A stretch of DNA of 64,000 nucleotides from Nitriliruptoraceae bacterium (GTDB taxonomy: Bacteria; Actinomycetota; Nitriliruptoria; Nitriliruptorales; Nitriliruptoraceae): positions 288 to 64,287 of the forward strand of contig JBBDSV010000086.1 of NCBI GenBank assembly GCA_040904785.1, given 5' to 3'. A model generated the notes under the pieces. That model was not told where the DNA came from and ran no database searches. It worked only from the letters and a program-made list of their open reading frames with translations. Of the stretch, positions 1 to 10,880 are shown one piece after another. The position numbers and the translations under genes were made by a program. How positions within the stretch are numbered: the stretch's first letter is position 1; every line of letters begins with the position of its first letter.

Positions 1-2
1 TG

Positions 3-1622
3 ACCGGTGACACGCGTCTGCTCGATGCCGACGACCGCGCGGCAATGGAACGGACGGGCACCACCCATCTGACGGCCGTCTCTGGCGCGAACGTCGCCAT
101 CGTCGCCGCGGCGGCGCTGGCGCTCGGACGCGTGCTGCGTCTGCGGCCGGCGGCACAACGGGTGGTCACCGCCACAAGCATCGGCTGGTTCGCGGTGCTG
201 ACACGGTTGGAACCGAGCGTGCTGCGGGCCGCGGGACTGGCCGGCGTCGTGCTGGTCATCGCGACGCGGGGAACGCCCCGCGACACCCGTCACGCGCTGG
301 CCGTCGTCGCGCTCGTGCTGCTGGCCATAGACCCGTGGCTCGCCCGCAGCATCGGGCTCGTCCTATCGGTCGCAGCAGCACTCGGCATCGTCACACTCGC
401 GCCGCGCATCCGGCAGCGCCTGCGGTGGGTGCCACGCCACGTCGCGACCGTCATCGCGGTCACCGTCGGTGCGCAGATCGCGGTCACCCCCGTGCTGTTG
501 TCGGCATTCGAGACCGTCGCAGTGGCCAGCATCCCGGCGAATCTCATCGCGGTGCCCGCCGCGATGGGCGCCTCGGTGCTCGCGTTCGTCGCCTCGGCGA
601 TCGCCGTTGTCCACCCGCCGACCGGCGGGCTGGTGTTCGCTGCCGCCCAGTGGCCGGCCGAGGTCGTGCTCGCCACCGCGCGAGGCTTCGCGTCCGTCGA
701 TGCCGTGGTGGCCGTTGACGACCCCGCGGCGCTGCTCTTCGCTGCCGGGGCGATCATCTGGCTGTTGAGCCCGCCGGGGCACCGCGCTGCGCGCGGCGGC
801 ACGCTGCTCGTCGTCATCGGCGTCGCCTGGCTCGTGACGCTTCGAATCGCCGGGGGTCTGCCACCTCCCGAGCTGACGGTGACCGCCATCGACGTCGGGC
901 AGGGCAGCGCAGTGCTCATCGAGTCGCCGCAGGTCCGCCTGCTCGTCGACGCGGGCGCCGACGCGTCCGCAGCGCGATGGTTGCGCCGCCACGGTCGCGA
1001 TCGCATCGATGCCCTCATCGTCACCCACGGGCACGCCGACCATGCGGGCGGAGCTGCGGCCGTCATCGACCGCGTCGACGTCGCCGGAGTCTGGCTCCAC
1101 CCGTTCGAACAGGCCTCCGAGCGAACCGCGGCGTTGCGGGCAGCCGCGAAGGCGACGGGCGTCGCCGTAATCGGCGTGGCTGCCGGGACGTCGGGGACCG
1201 TTGGCGATCTCACGATCGAGGTGGTCCATCCGCCGCCTGGGCGACCGATGCGCGGCTCGGCGCGGGAGATCAATGACATGTCGCTCGTCGTGCGCATGAC
1301 CGACACCCACGGTCGCCGGGTCCTCGTCACCGGCGACGTCGAGGTGAACGGACAGCGGCTGCTGCTTGCGCGGCGTCACGCGCAGCTTGCCGCCGACGTG
1401 CTGGTCGTGCCGCATCACGGCGCGGCGACAACCGATGGCGACTTCTTCGCGGCCGTCGGCGGATGCGTGGCGATCATCACGGTCGGCGCCGACAACGACC
1501 ATGGCCATCCGCGTCCCGACACGCTGGCTGTGCTCGAAACCCAGGGATATGCGGTGCTGCGGACCGATCTCGACGGCACGGTCGCCACGACGATTCCTGC
1601 CGGCTGCCGCCGATCGCCCTGA
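3..1622 (+). CDS. comEC: ComEC/Rec2 DNA-internalization competence protein, 5'-partial (frame stays open to the window edge)
   Basis: The ORF frame is open from nt 3. It has the ComEC channel motif TGTTHLTAVSGANV, several hydrophobic TM stretches, and a C-terminal metallo-beta-lactamase motif (IDVGQGSAVLI ... VTHGHADHAGG). Confidence 0.85.
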   Translation, partial: TGDTRLLDADDRAAMERTGTTHLTAVSGANVAIVAAAALALGRVLRLRPAAQRVVTATSIGWFAVLTRLEPSVLRAAGLAGVVLVIATRGTPRDTRHALAVVALVLLAIDPWLARSIGLVLSVAAALGIVTLAPRIRQRLRWVPRHVATVIAVTVGAQIAVTPVLLSAFETVAVASIPANLIAVPAAMGASVLAFVASAIAVVHPPTGGLVFAAAQWPAEVVLATARGFASVDAVVAVDDPAALLFAAGAIIWLLSPPGHRAARGGTLLVVIGVAWLVTLRIAGGLPPPELTVTAIDVGQGSAVLIESPQVRLLVDAGADASAARWLRRHGRDRIDALIVTHGHADHAGGAAAVIDRVDVAGVWLHPFEQASERTAALRAAAKATGVAVIGVAAGTSGTVGDLTIEVVHPPPGRPMRGSAREINDMSLVVRMTDTHGRRVLVTGDVEVNGQRLLLARRHAQLAADVLVVPHHGAATTDGDFFAAVGGCVAIITVGADNDHGHPRPDTLAVLETQGYAVLRTDLDGTVATTIPAGCRRSP

Positions 1623-1671
1623 GGTGCTCGTCGACGTCGGCGACCGTCACCTCACCGCTACAGTCGCGCGC

Positions 1672-2637
1672 ATGGATGCCGTGGTGCTGATCGCTGGGGA
1701 CGACGACCTGCTGTTGCAGCGTGCCGTCGAGGCCCGCGTCGCCGCCGCGTGCGAGCAGGATCCGACACTCGACGTCGACCGGTACGACGTCGTCGAACTC
1801 GACCATCTGCCCGAGCTGCGAACGACCTCGCTGTTCGGTGGGCGTGCGCTCGTTGTGCTGCGCGGGGTCGAGGCGATCTCCGGGGATCTCAAGAACGAGC
1901 TCGAGGACTATCTCGACGCACCTTCGCCCGACGCCGTGCTCCTGCTGGTCGCCCGCGGCACCGGAAAGATCCCCAAGATCGTCAAGTTGGCGACCGCTGC
2001 AGGGGAACGTGTCGACGTCAAGCGGCCCGCCGACTGGGACGATCGGGCGTGGGATGCGCTCGTGGCCGGCGAGTTCGCCCGCGCCTCGCGCCAAGCCGAC
2101 CCTGCGGCCATCGCCGCGATTCGTTCCCACGCCGGCACCGACCCGTCGGCGATCGCCTCACAGGTGTCGTCGGTCTGTGCCGCGCACTCCGGGGAGACCC
2201 CGGTGACCGCAGAAGACGTGGAAGCGGTCGTCGAAGGTCACGGACGCGTATCGGGATTCGCCGTCGCGGACGCGATCGCCGACCGCGACCCGCAGGCGGC
2301 CATTGTCGCCACGCGCGGTGCCCTCGAACACGGCGATGCGCCGCTGGCGATCTGCGGCGCGGTCGCGTTCCGCATGCGCCAACTGCTGCAGATCCGTGGC
2401 GGCGCAAGCGCCCGTGATGCGGGGATGTCACCCGGGCAGCATCGCCGCCTGCAGGAGGTCGCCGCGCGTTTCGGACCCGGGGAACTGGCCTGGTGTCACA
2501 ACCGTGTGGCGCAGCTCGACATCGATCTCAAGAGCGCCGATCTGGCCCCCGACATCGTGCTCGAACTCGCGCTCATCGACATGGCGATCGCGCGTGAGGT
2601 CGGTGCGCCGTGGAATCCGCTGGCAGCGCGGCCGTGA
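1672..2637 (+). CDS. holA: DNA polymerase III subunit delta
   Basis: Delta-subunit-like N-terminus (LIAGDDDLLLQRAV ... SLFGGRALVVLRG) and conserved position after comEC. ATG 1672 is the first start after the comEC stop. Confidence 0.8.
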   Translation: MDAVVLIAGDDDLLLQRAVEARVAAACEQDPTLDVDRYDVVELDHLPELRTTSLFGGRALVVLRGVEAISGDLKNELEDYLDAPSPDAVLLLVARGTGKIPKIVKLATAAGERVDVKRPADWDDRAWDALVAGEFARASRQADPAAIAAIRSHAGTDPSAIASQVSSVCAAHSGETPVTAEDVEAVVEGHGRVSGFAVADAIADRDPQAAIVATRGALEHGDAPLAICGAVAFRMRQLLQIRGGASARDAGMSPGQHRRLQEVAARFGPGELAWCHNRVAQLDIDLKSADLAPDIVLELALIDMAIAREVGAPWNPLAARP

Positions 2638-2656
2638 CGGCGATCCGGAGGGATGC

Positions 2657-2869
2657 ATGATGGCACGAATCGACCGGTTCGCATCCCGCGTCGACGCCGA
2701 TCTCGCGTGCGGGTTGTTGCAGGCCCACGGCATCGCGGCGGTCGTGCGCAGCGATGACGCCGGCGGCAATCGCCCGGATATCGCCTTCGGCATCGGTGGC
2801 ACGGTCGTCGAGGTCGCCGATGCCGATCTCGACGATGCCCTGGCGCTGCTCGACGATCAGGCCGGGTGA
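2657..2869 (+). CDS. Small DUF2007-like putative signal-transducing protein
   Basis: 70-aa ORF MMARIDRF...GLLQAHGIAAVV...VEVADADLDDALALL resembles the DUF2007 fold family. High third-position GC. Its 3' end overlaps the convergent gdh by 13 nt. Confidence 0.5.
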   Translation: MMARIDRFASRVDADLACGLLQAHGIAAVVRSDDAGGNRPDIAFGIGGTVVEVADADLDDALALLDDQAG

Positions 2870-5800
2870 CGATCCGGGTGCACGACGGCGCTGATCGCAC
2901 GGGTTGCAACGGCCACGGCGTCGAGTGATTGTGCGGTCGACGGATCGGCGACCTCCAACAGCAGCCGTGCACGTCGCAGCCGTTCCGCGCGTGACGCCAG
3001 GAATGCGGTCACGGCGGTGTCGAGCGGCTCGCCGGAATGCTGCCGAAGTGCGGTGATTGCCGCGTCGCGCCGTGCATCGCGCAGGTCGGCGGCGATCCCG
3101 TCCCACTGCCGGGCCCCCCACAACGTGGGCGGCCGGATGCGCGCGAGCCGGTCTTCGAGTGCCTCGATGCCCAATTCGTCGCCGAATCGCAGGAAGACAG
3201 TCGCGACGTCGCTGACCGACCATCCATCGGCGAGCGTCGCCACGGCATCGCCGACTTCGACGACCAGCGTCAGATCGCGGCAGACCGCGATGAATTGGGC
3301 GAGCTCGTCGTCGACGAGATCGTCGCGCAGCCATTGCAGGTGGGCGGCTCGCGCCTGCCGCTGGTGGGGGGTGCCGAGCCGCAGCAGCGAGCCTCGCAGC
3401 TCGCTGGCGATGCCGCGCAGATGCGTGGCGAACGCGTCGGCATCCTCGGCCAGCCGCGGATGGACGACGATGCTCGACGTCAGCGCCGCGATCGTCTGTT
3501 CGAGTGTCGCCTCGAGATCGCGCACCCGGGCCGGATCGTGCGTGCTGATCGCCCCGTCGATGGGTCTCCACAGCGCCGGCGCATCGACGATCAGCGAAGC
3601 GATATGGGCAGCCAGGACGACATCGGCCGTGCCGACGGCGTGCCGTCGGGCGAGTTCGCCGACGTAGGTCACACCCAATCGGTCGACGACTTCGTTGGCC
3701 AGCGCGGTCGCGACGAGTTCGCGACGCAATTGGTGTCGTCCCAGCAGATCGCCGAAGCGCTGCATGGCGGTCGGCGGAAAGGACATCTTCGCCGCGTCGG
3801 CGACGACCTCAAGGTCGACGACGGCGGAGTCGAGCAGCGCTTCCTTGAGGGTGCGTTTGGCCCAGGCGACGAGGCTGGCGACCTCGGGTCGGGTGAGCCC
3901 TGCGCCAGCGTCGTCACGTTCGGCGAACGCTCCGGTATCGGGCAGGACCTCGTGGATGCGGTCGAGGCCGTGCGAAGCCTCGAGGTCGGCCAGGAACCGC
4001 TCGTAGGCGTCGAGTCGTTCCGTGCTGCGCGTCGTCTCCCGGGAGATGCCGGCGGCTTGGCGGTCGACGGTGCCCATCACGACCTCGACGGCCTCGTCGG
4101 TCAGTTCGGCGAGAACGGCGTCGCGCTCGGCACGATCGAGACGGCCGGCGTCGGCGGCGACGTTGAGCAGGATCTTGGTGTTGACCTCGAGGTCGGACGT
4201 CGCCACGCCGGCGGCGTTGTCGATGGCGTCCTGATTGATCCGGCCTCCTCGCCGGGCGAACTCAACGCGTCCCCGCGGGGTGACGAACAGGTTCGCGCCC
4301 TCGCCGATCACCCGGGCGCGCACGTCGCTGGCGTCGACGCGCAACTCGTCGTTGACCCGGTCGCCGACGTCGGCGTTGCGCTCGGACGACGCCTTGACGT
4401 AGGTGCCGATGCCGCCCGCGAAGAGCAGATCGACGGACGCACGCAGGATCGCGCGGATCAGTTCGGGCGGGGTGCAGGTCGGATGGTCGAGCCCGAGGAG
4501 CTCGGCCGCTGCTTCGGTCACGGTGATCGATCGGGCCGTTCGTGAATAGATGCCGCCGCCCGGTCCGAGCGCGTCGCGGTCGTAGTCCTGCCACGACGAT
4601 CGGGGCAGCGCGAACAGCCGCTCACGTTCCGCATAAGCGCGTTGGGCGTCCGGGTCGGGGTCGAGGAAGATGTCGCGGTGGTCGAACGCGGCGACGAGCA
4701 GCGCCGATCGGGACTGCAACAGCCCGTTGCCGAACACGTCGCCGGACATGTCGCCGACGCCGGTGACCCGGACCGGCTCGGACTGCACGTCGATGCCGAG
4801 TTCGAGGAAGTGGCGACGGACGGCCAGCCATGCGCCACGTGCGGTGACGCCGAGCCGCTTGTGGTCGTAGCCGTTCGACCCGCCGGAAGCGAAGGCATCG
4901 GACAGCCAGAAGTCGTAGCGCTGCGCGAGCTCGTTCGCGGTGTCGGAGAACGTCGCGGTGCCGCGGTCGGCAGCGACGACGAGATAGGGGTCCGCCTCGT
5001 CATGGCGGCGGACCTGTGCGGGGGTCACCACCGCGCCGTCGACCACGTTGTCGGTCACGTCGAGCAGTCCACGGACGAACGTCACGTACTGGCGCGCGAC
5101 GGCGTCGCGACGCTGGGCCGGGTCGTCCGGGGGAGCGGTGAGCACGAAGCCGCCCTTGGCGCCCGTCGGGACGATGATGGCGTTCTTGCGCACCTGCGCC
5201 TGCGCGAGGTCGACGACTTCGTTGCGGACGTCGTCGAGCCGGTCAGACCACCGCAGCCCGCCGCGCGCCACCGGGCCGTAGCGCAGGTGGACCCCTTCGA
5301 CGTCGGGTGCGTGCACGAAGATCTCGCGGAACGCCGGGGAGGCGTCGTGCACGTCCAGGCGCGACGGATCGAGCTTCAACGACAGGTAGGGGACGCCGCG
5401 GTCGTCGACTGCGTCGTCACGGAACGCGTTCGTGCGCACCGTGGCATGGATCAGTTCGAGCGTGCCGCGCAGGATCCGGTCGTCGTCGAGCCGGTCCAGT
5501 CCGTTGCACACCTCGACTGCTCGCGCGTAGGCCGCCGAGGCAGCCGCGTCGTCGCGCGCCGGGTCGAATCGGGCGTGGAAGCAGTCGACGAGTGCGCGCG
5601 CGACGGCAGGCTGGTTGACGAACGTGCGATTGACGTACTCGGAGGTGAACGTCGTGCCCAGTTGACGGCGCAGCCGGCGGTAGGCGCGGAGCATACGCAC
5701 CGCGTGCCAGTCGAGTCCGGCCGTGACGACGACGGCGTTGAGGCCGTCGATGGCCAGCCTCCCCTGCCAACAGGCGATGATCGCGTCTGCGACCCGGGCA

Positions 5801-7656
5801 GAATCGTCCGCCGGATCGATGCCGATCGCGCGGATGCCGAAATCGTGGAGGTAGCGGACGTCGTCACCGTCGGCGACACGGTGGGGGACCTCCTCGAGGA
5901 CCGAGAGTCCCAACGACTCGAGGATCGGGATGAACCCCGACAGTTCGACGGCCTCGCCCCGCTTGGCGACACGGACGCGTAACGCCGGCGTCGCGGTCGT
6001 CGTGCGCAGTTCGACGCGCAGGTCGTCGCCTCCGTCGTCGAGTGCCGCGAGGAGAAGGAGATCGCCGATCGCCGCATCGGGTTCGGTCGATTCCCGGTAG
6101 GCAGTCGGCATGCGCGCCGCGAGCCGGCGGAGATGCTCGTTGTCGTCGCCGAGTTGGGCGTCGACGTGGTCGGCCCACGTGCGGGTCAGGGCACGGATGC
6201 GGCGTTCCAGATCCGTCGCCGACACGTCGTGCGTGGCGTGGCGCAGATGGACGAGGAACCGCGCCAACGCGTTGGGACGGTCACCCAGCGACACCTCGAC
6301 GGTGATGCGTTCGGCGTCGAACGTCTCGTGCAGCAGCGCCTCGATCCGTCGGCGCAGCTGCGGGCTGTACCGTTCGCGGGGAACGGTGACCACCACCGAG
6401 GCAAGACGGGTGTGTGGGTCGACGCGCAGCAGGGTGCGCACGTCGGCAGCGGCCGCGGCCTGCTGCAATTCGAGCAGCAGCGCATGCAACTGGTCGGTCG
6501 TCGCCGCGAACGCTTCGTCCTTGGGCAGCGCCTGGAACAGCGAGGTGAGTTCGATCTCGTCGTACGACCCGTCGACGAGATCCTCCCGCCGCAGGATCTC
6601 CCGCAACTTGGCGCGCAGCACCGGCGTCGTGTGGACCGGTTCGGCCAGCCCCTTGCGGGTGAATAGCCCGAGGATGCGCCGCTCGCCGATGATGCGGCCC
6701 TCGTCATCGCGGCGGGTCAGTCCCAGATACTGCATCCGCTCCCGTCGTTGGACGGTCGACATCCGCGTCGTGCGGGTGACCGTCAGCAGCGGCGCGTCCT
6801 CGAACCGGTCGGCGACTGCTGGCGGCAGTTCGTCACGCGGCACGGGCTGCGCGAACCGCGACGTGGATGCGTCAGCGAGCAGCCCGAGCCCGCTTCCCGG
6901 ATCGACCCGCACGAACGACTCGCCGTCGTGGTGATCGACGATGTAGTCACGAATGCCGAGCAGCACCAGGTTGTCGTCGAGCAGCCAGTCGATGAGGTCG
7001 GCGATCTCGCCCGGGTCGTCGTGCGGGTCGGTGGACTGATCACCGGCCGACGGCGCCGACCAGGCACCGAAACGCAGCTCGGCAGCGGATTCGGTGAGCC
7101 GGTCGTGCATCGCACGGAAATCGTCGGTCGCACGGATGACGTCGCGCACGTTCGTCTCGAGCCGCGACTGCAGCATGTCCGCGTCGACATCGCCGGCACG
7201 GGCGATCTCGGTGTGGAACACCCACAGGCGGGCGTCGGCCGCGCGGGCCGGCACGATCTCGGCGACGCGCCCGTCGTCGCCGACGCGCACGCCGATGACG
7301 GCGTGCCACGTCCGTCGGTTCCCCGGGGCCGTCTCGGCGAGTTCGTCGTCGATCGTCGAGAGCAGAAACGGGCGGTCGTCGCAGAGCACGTCTGCCGCAA
7401 GGATCGGATCGCCGCCACCGGGTTCGCGATGCACCCGGACGTCGACGTCACCGGGACGGTGTCGTACGAGCGCTTCGAACGCGGTGGCGAGCCAGCCGGC
7501 GATGGCGTCCGAATCGGTGGCCTCGAGCTCATCGCGTGGAATCCGACGCAGCAGCGCGGCGGCGAACGGGTCGAGGAGATGCTCGTGTGTCGCGGTCAGC
7601 GTCGCCAGCGTGCGGACGATGTCGTCGCGGACGTGATCGTCGGCGTCGATGGCCAC
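2857..7656 (-). CDS. gdh: NAD-specific glutamate dehydrogenase, large (about 180 kDa) class
   Basis: 1,599-aa ORF with the catalytic core typical of large bacterial NAD-GDH (GGLRWSDRLDDVRNEVVDLAQAQVRKNAIIVPTGAKGGFV). GTG start at 7656 is preceded by GGAG. Confidence 0.9.
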   Translation of the reverse strand: MAIDADDHVRDDIVRTLATLTATHEHLLDPFAAALLRRIPRDELEATDSDAIAGWLATAFEALVRHRPGDVDVRVHREPGGGDPILAADVLCDDRPFLLSTIDDELAETAPGNRRTWHAVIGVRVGDDGRVAEIVPARAADARLWVFHTEIARAGDVDADMLQSRLETNVRDVIRATDDFRAMHDRLTESAAELRFGAWSAPSAGDQSTDPHDDPGEIADLIDWLLDDNLVLLGIRDYIVDHHDGESFVRVDPGSGLGLLADASTSRFAQPVPRDELPPAVADRFEDAPLLTVTRTTRMSTVQRRERMQYLGLTRRDDEGRIIGERRILGLFTRKGLAEPVHTTPVLRAKLREILRREDLVDGSYDEIELTSLFQALPKDEAFAATTDQLHALLLELQQAAAAADVRTLLRVDPHTRLASVVVTVPRERYSPQLRRRIEALLHETFDAERITVEVSLGDRPNALARFLVHLRHATHDVSATDLERRIRALTRTWADHVDAQLGDDNEHLRRLAARMPTAYRESTEPDAAIGDLLLLAALDDGGDDLRVELRTTTATPALRVRVAKRGEAVELSGFIPILESLGLSVLEEVPHRVADGDDVRYLHDFGIRAIGIDPADDSARVADAIIACWQGRLAIDGLNAVVVTAGLDWHAVRMLRAYRRLRRQLGTTFTSEYVNRTFVNQPAVARALVDCFHARFDPARDDAAASAAYARAVEVCNGLDRLDDDRILRGTLELIHATVRTNAFRDDAVDDRGVPYLSLKLDPSRLDVHDASPAFREIFVHAPDVEGVHLRYGPVARGGLRWSDRLDDVRNEVVDLAQAQVRKNAIIVPTGAKGGFVLTAPPDDPAQRRDAVARQYVTFVRGLLDVTDNVVDGAVVTPAQVRRHDEADPYLVVAADRGTATFSDTANELAQRYDFWLSDAFASGGSNGYDHKRLGVTARGAWLAVRRHFLELGIDVQSEPVRVTGVGDMSGDVFGNGLLQSRSALLVAAFDHRDIFLDPDPDAQRAYAERERLFALPRSSWQDYDRDALGPGGGIYSRTARSITVTEAAAELLGLDHPTCTPPELIRAILRASVDLLFAGGIGTYVKASSERNADVGDRVNDELRVDASDVRARVIGEGANLFVTPRGRVEFARRGGRINQDAIDNAAGVATSDLEVNTKILLNVAADAGRLDRAERDAVLAELTDEAVEVVMGTVDRQAAGISRETTRSTERLDAYERFLADLEASHGLDRIHEVLPDTGAFAERDDAGAGLTRPEVASLVAWAKRTLKEALLDSAVVDLEVVADAAKMSFPPTAMQRFGDLLGRHQLRRELVATALANEVVDRLGVTYVGELARRHAVGTADVVLAAHIASLIVDAPALWRPIDGAISTHDPARVRDLEATLEQTIAALTSSIVVHPRLAEDADAFATHLRGIASELRGSLLRLGTPHQRQARAAHLQWLRDDLVDDELAQFIAVCRDLTLVVEVGDAVATLADGWSVSDVATVFLRFGDELGIEALEDRLARIRPPTLWGARQWDGIAADLRDARRDAAITALRQHSGEPLDTAVTAFLASRAERLRRARLLLEVADPSTAQSLDAVAVATRAISAVVHPDRHPA

Positions 7657-7719
7657 ACAGAACTCCGGAGCGCAGGTGTCGCCCCGCAGGCTACGACGTC
7701 ACGAGCGACCCGGGGGAAC

Positions 7720-7741
7720 GGGACGGCGAAGACACCGTCCC
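7720..7741 (-). terminator. Hairpin immediately downstream of rpsT (7-bp GC stem GGGACGG/CCGTCCC), no clear U tract
   Basis: An inverted repeat is seen directly in the sequence 8 nt after the rpsT stop. Its function as a terminator is inferred. Confidence 0.4.
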
Positions 7742-7748
7742 GGGTGCC

Positions 7749-8009
7749 TCAGATTTTTGCGATCCGCTTGGCCATCCCAGACTTCTTGTTCGCCGCGGCG
7801 TTCCGGTGGATGACGCCCTTGCTGGCCGCCTTGTCGAGTGCGCGGGCAGCACGGTCGTACGCGGAGCGGGCCGCGTCCGTGTCACCGGCGTCGGCCGCCG
7901 TGCGGAACCGCCTGATGGCGGACTTCAGCTGGGTGCGGACCGCTTTGTTCCGCTCGTGCGCCCGCTCGTTCTGGCGGTTGCGCTTGATCTGCGACTTGAT
8001 GTTGGCCAT
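7749..8009 (-). CDS. rpsT: 30S ribosomal protein S20
   Basis: [35 protein letters not shown]... is a textbook S20 sequence. ATG at 8009 was verified in the sequence. Confidence 0.95.
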   Translation of the reverse strand: MANIKSQIKRNRQNERAHERNKAVRTQLKSAIRRFRTAADAGDTDAARSAYDRAARALDKAASKGVIHRNAAANKKSGMAKRIAKI

Positions 8010-8300
8010 GCGGTCGAATCTCGTCTCTCGAAGCGAACGGTCGTCCGGCAGGGGACAAGAGCGCCAGTCGGCGCGGCGTGATGCCGGGGTGCCACACGGC
8101 GACGGTGCGCGCAGGCGCTTGCCGGTCGGGCGTGAGTCACAAACGGTACCAGCGCGATCACGCTGGCAGCAACCTGTGTGCATTTCGTCGACAGTCGCAC
8201 GGTGCGAGGCGGTGCGGTCGGCTCGACGCCGCCCGGTACGTGGCACAGGTGGTGGACCGTAGACTCATTGCGCCATCTGCAACCCCCTGCGCATGCCGCG

Positions 8301-10199
8301 GTGACCGCGCGAGGAGCCACGAGTTCGCCTGTGACCTATCCCGTCGATCGCATCCGCAACTTCTGCATCGTGGCCCACGTCGACCACGGCAAGTCGACGC
8401 TGGCCGACCGGATGCTGCAGCGGACCGACCTCGTCGACCCCCGCAAGATGCGCGAGCAGTATCTCGACCGGATGGACATCGAGCGGGAACGCGGCATCAC
8501 GATCAAGGCGCAGACCGTGCGCCTGCCGTACCGGCCGCTCGAGGGGCTCGAAGAAGAGTTCCTGCTCAATCTGATCGACACCCCCGGCCACGTCGACTTC
8601 TCCTACGAGGTGTCGCGGGCGTTGAACGCCTGCGAAGGCGCGGTGCTGCTGGTCGATGCCGCGCAGGGGATGGAGGCCCAGACGATCGCCAACCTGTATC
8701 TGGCGCTGGAGGCCGACCTCGAGATCATCCCGGTACTCAACAAGATCGACCTGCCGGCGGCGCGGCCCGACGAGATCGCCCGGGAGATCGCCGCGGTCAT
8801 CGGTGGTGAGGCCGACGACGTGCTGCGCATCAGCGCCAAGACCGGTGAAGGTGTCGACGCCGTGCTCGACGCGATCGTCGACCGGGTGCCGGCACCGTCG
8901 GGCAATCCCGATGCGCCGACGCGGGCGCTGATCTTCGACTCGGTGTACGACGCCTATCGGGGCACCACCGTCTACTTCCGTGTGGTCGACGGCCAGCTCA
9001 AGCCGAACGACCGCATTCGACTGCTCGCGACTGGATTCGAGGGCGAGATCGACGATCTCGGTGTGCTCGCCCCCGAAGAGACCCCGATCGATGAGCTCGG
9101 TGTCGGCGAGGTCGGCGTGCTGTCGGCGGCGATCAAGGACATCGACCAGGCCAAAGTCGGCGACACGATCACGCGTGCGGGCAAACACGCGCGCGACGTC
9201 GTCCCGCTTCCCGGCTACCGCGAACCGCTGCCAATGGTCTTCTCCGGCCTGTATCCCATCGATTCCGACGATTTTCCCCGCCTGCGCGACGCGCTCGACC
9301 GGTTGCGGCTCAACGACTCGTCGTTCACCTTCGAACCCGAGACCTCGGCGGCGCTCGGATTCGGATTCCGCTGTGGCTTCCTCGGCCTGCTGCACCTGGA
9401 GATCATCACCGAACGACTCGACCGCGAATTCGACATTCCGCTCGTCACCACGGCCCCGTCGGTGCGCTACCGAGTGGAACTCGAGAACACCGTCGACGAG
9501 GAGACGGGCGGGCCGGTCGTCATTGAGGTGTCCAACCCGCAGGACCTGCCCGAACCCAACCGTGTGCTGCGGGTCCTCGAGCCGACCGTGACCACGATGA
9601 TCCTCACCCCGGCAAGCCACGTCGGACCCGTGATGCAGCTGTGCGAAGGCCGGCGCGGCACGATGCTGGCGATGGACTATCTCACGGAGTCGCGGGTCGA
9701 ACTGCGCTACCGCCTGCCGCTCGCCGGGATCATCACCGACTTCTTCGATCAGCTCAAGTCGCTGACCCGCGGCTACGCCTCGCTCGACTACACCGTCGGT
9801 GAGTATCAACCGGCGGATCTCGTTCGCGTCGACCTGCTGCTCAATGGTGAGCCGGTCGACGCGTTCAGCGCGATCGTCCATCGCGACGACGCCTATGCCT
9901 TCGGACGGGCGATGGTCGAACGTCTCAAGGAACTGATTCCGCGGCAGATGTTCGACGTACCGGTCCAGGCAGCGATCGGCGCCAAGGTCATCGCGCGCGA
10001 GACCATCAAGGCGCGCCGCAAGGACGTGCTCGCCAAGTGTTACGGCGGGGACGTGTCACGGAAACGCAAGCTTCTCGAGAAGCAGAAGGAAGGCAAGCGC
10101 AAGATGAAGGCGATCGGTTCGGTCGAAGTTCCTCCCGAAGCGTTCGTCTCGGCGTTGCGCGCCAGCAGCCCACGAGCCGAAGATGGTGATCGCCGATGA
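8301..10199 (+). CDS. lepA: Elongation factor 4 (LepA)
   Basis: [24 protein letters not shown]1 motif, [13 protein letters not shown] and the LepA C-terminal domain. The start is uncertain: in-frame GTG at 8301 or 8331, and the ORF is open from 8178. Confidence 0.9.
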   Translation: MTARGATSSPVTYPVDRIRNFCIVAHVDHGKSTLADRMLQRTDLVDPRKMREQYLDRMDIERERGITIKAQTVRLPYRPLEGLEEEFLLNLIDTPGHVDFSYEVSRALNACEGAVLLVDAAQGMEAQTIANLYLALEADLEIIPVLNKIDLPAARPDEIAREIAAVIGGEADDVLRISAKTGEGVDAVLDAIVDRVPAPSGNPDAPTRALIFDSVYDAYRGTTVYFRVVDGQLKPNDRIRLLATGFEGEIDDLGVLAPEETPIDELGVGEVGVLSAAIKDIDQAKVGDTITRAGKHARDVVPLPGYREPLPMVFSGLYPIDSDDFPRLRDALDRLRLNDSSFTFEPETSAALGFGFRCGFLGLLHLEIITERLDREFDIPLVTTAPSVRYRVELENTVDEETGGPVVIEVSNPQDLPEPNRVLRVLEPTVTTMILTPASHVGPVMQLCEGRRGTMLAMDYLTESRVELRYRLPLAGIITDFFDQLKSLTRGYASLDYTVGEYQPADLVRVDLLLNGEPVDAFSAIVHRDDAYAFGRAMVERLKELIPRQMFDVPVQAAIGAKVIARETIKARRKDVLAKCYGGDVSRKRKLLEKQKEGKRKMKAIGSVEVPPEAFVSALRASSPRAEDGDRR

Positions 10200-10226
10200 G
10201 TGCTGCATCGCAGGGAGGGCGACACG

Positions 10227-10880
10227 ATGACTGACGAGCCATCCGGCCCGCCGCCGCCACCGCCGCCGGGGGCGGGCGGCGAGCCGCCGCGGCCGGCCGA
10301 TTTGTCCGACGCGCTCACCGGCGACGAACGTGCCCTCGTGGATCACGCGTCGGCCGTGCCGGACGGGTCCGACGCGGACCTGTGGGCGTTCCGCTTCGAT
10401 TCGGCGCTGCGTGCCCAGGAGGCGCTGCTCGCCGCGATGCGGCTGGTGGCGCGCAAACAGCTGTCGCTCGCTGACGCCGCCGTCGTCGTCAAGGTCCGCG
10501 GCAAGGTGCGGATCACCCAGACGAAGGATGTCACACCGCGCCAGGGGGCCGTCGGCGGCGCCTGGCTCGGCATTCTCGCCGGACTGTTCCTCGGGCCGGG
10601 CGGCCCCGTGGTCGGCGCTGCGCTGGGTGCGGCCGCCGGTGGATTGTTCGCCAAGTTGCGCGACATCGGCATCGACGACGACGAGATGAAGCGCATGGGT
10701 GATGAACTCGCCGACGACGAGGCCGCGCTGTTCCTGTTGGTCGAGGACTGTCATCGCATGCGTGCGCTCCACGAGGTGTCCCGGTTTCCCGCGCGTCTGC
10801 TCGCGTCCACTGCCGACGCCGACCTGGTGGCCACGGTCACCGAACGGCTGGCCGTCGATCCGTGGGACAACCCCGGATGA
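10227..10880 (+). CDS. DUF1269-like membrane protein with Pro-rich N-terminus
   Basis: Glycine-zipper TM segment (GAVGGAWLGILAGLFLGPGGPVVGAALGAAAGGLFA) flanked by soluble domains, as in DUF1269. ATG 10227. Confidence 0.6.
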   Translation: MTDEPSGPPPPPPPGAGGEPPRPADLSDALTGDERALVDHASAVPDGSDADLWAFRFDSALRAQEALLAAMRLVARKQLSLADAAVVVKVRGKVRITQTKDVTPRQGAVGGAWLGILAGLFLGPGGPVVGAALGAAAGGLFAKLRDIGIDDDEMKRMGDELADDEAALFLLVEDCHRMRALHEVSRFPARLLASTADADLVATVTERLAVDPWDNPG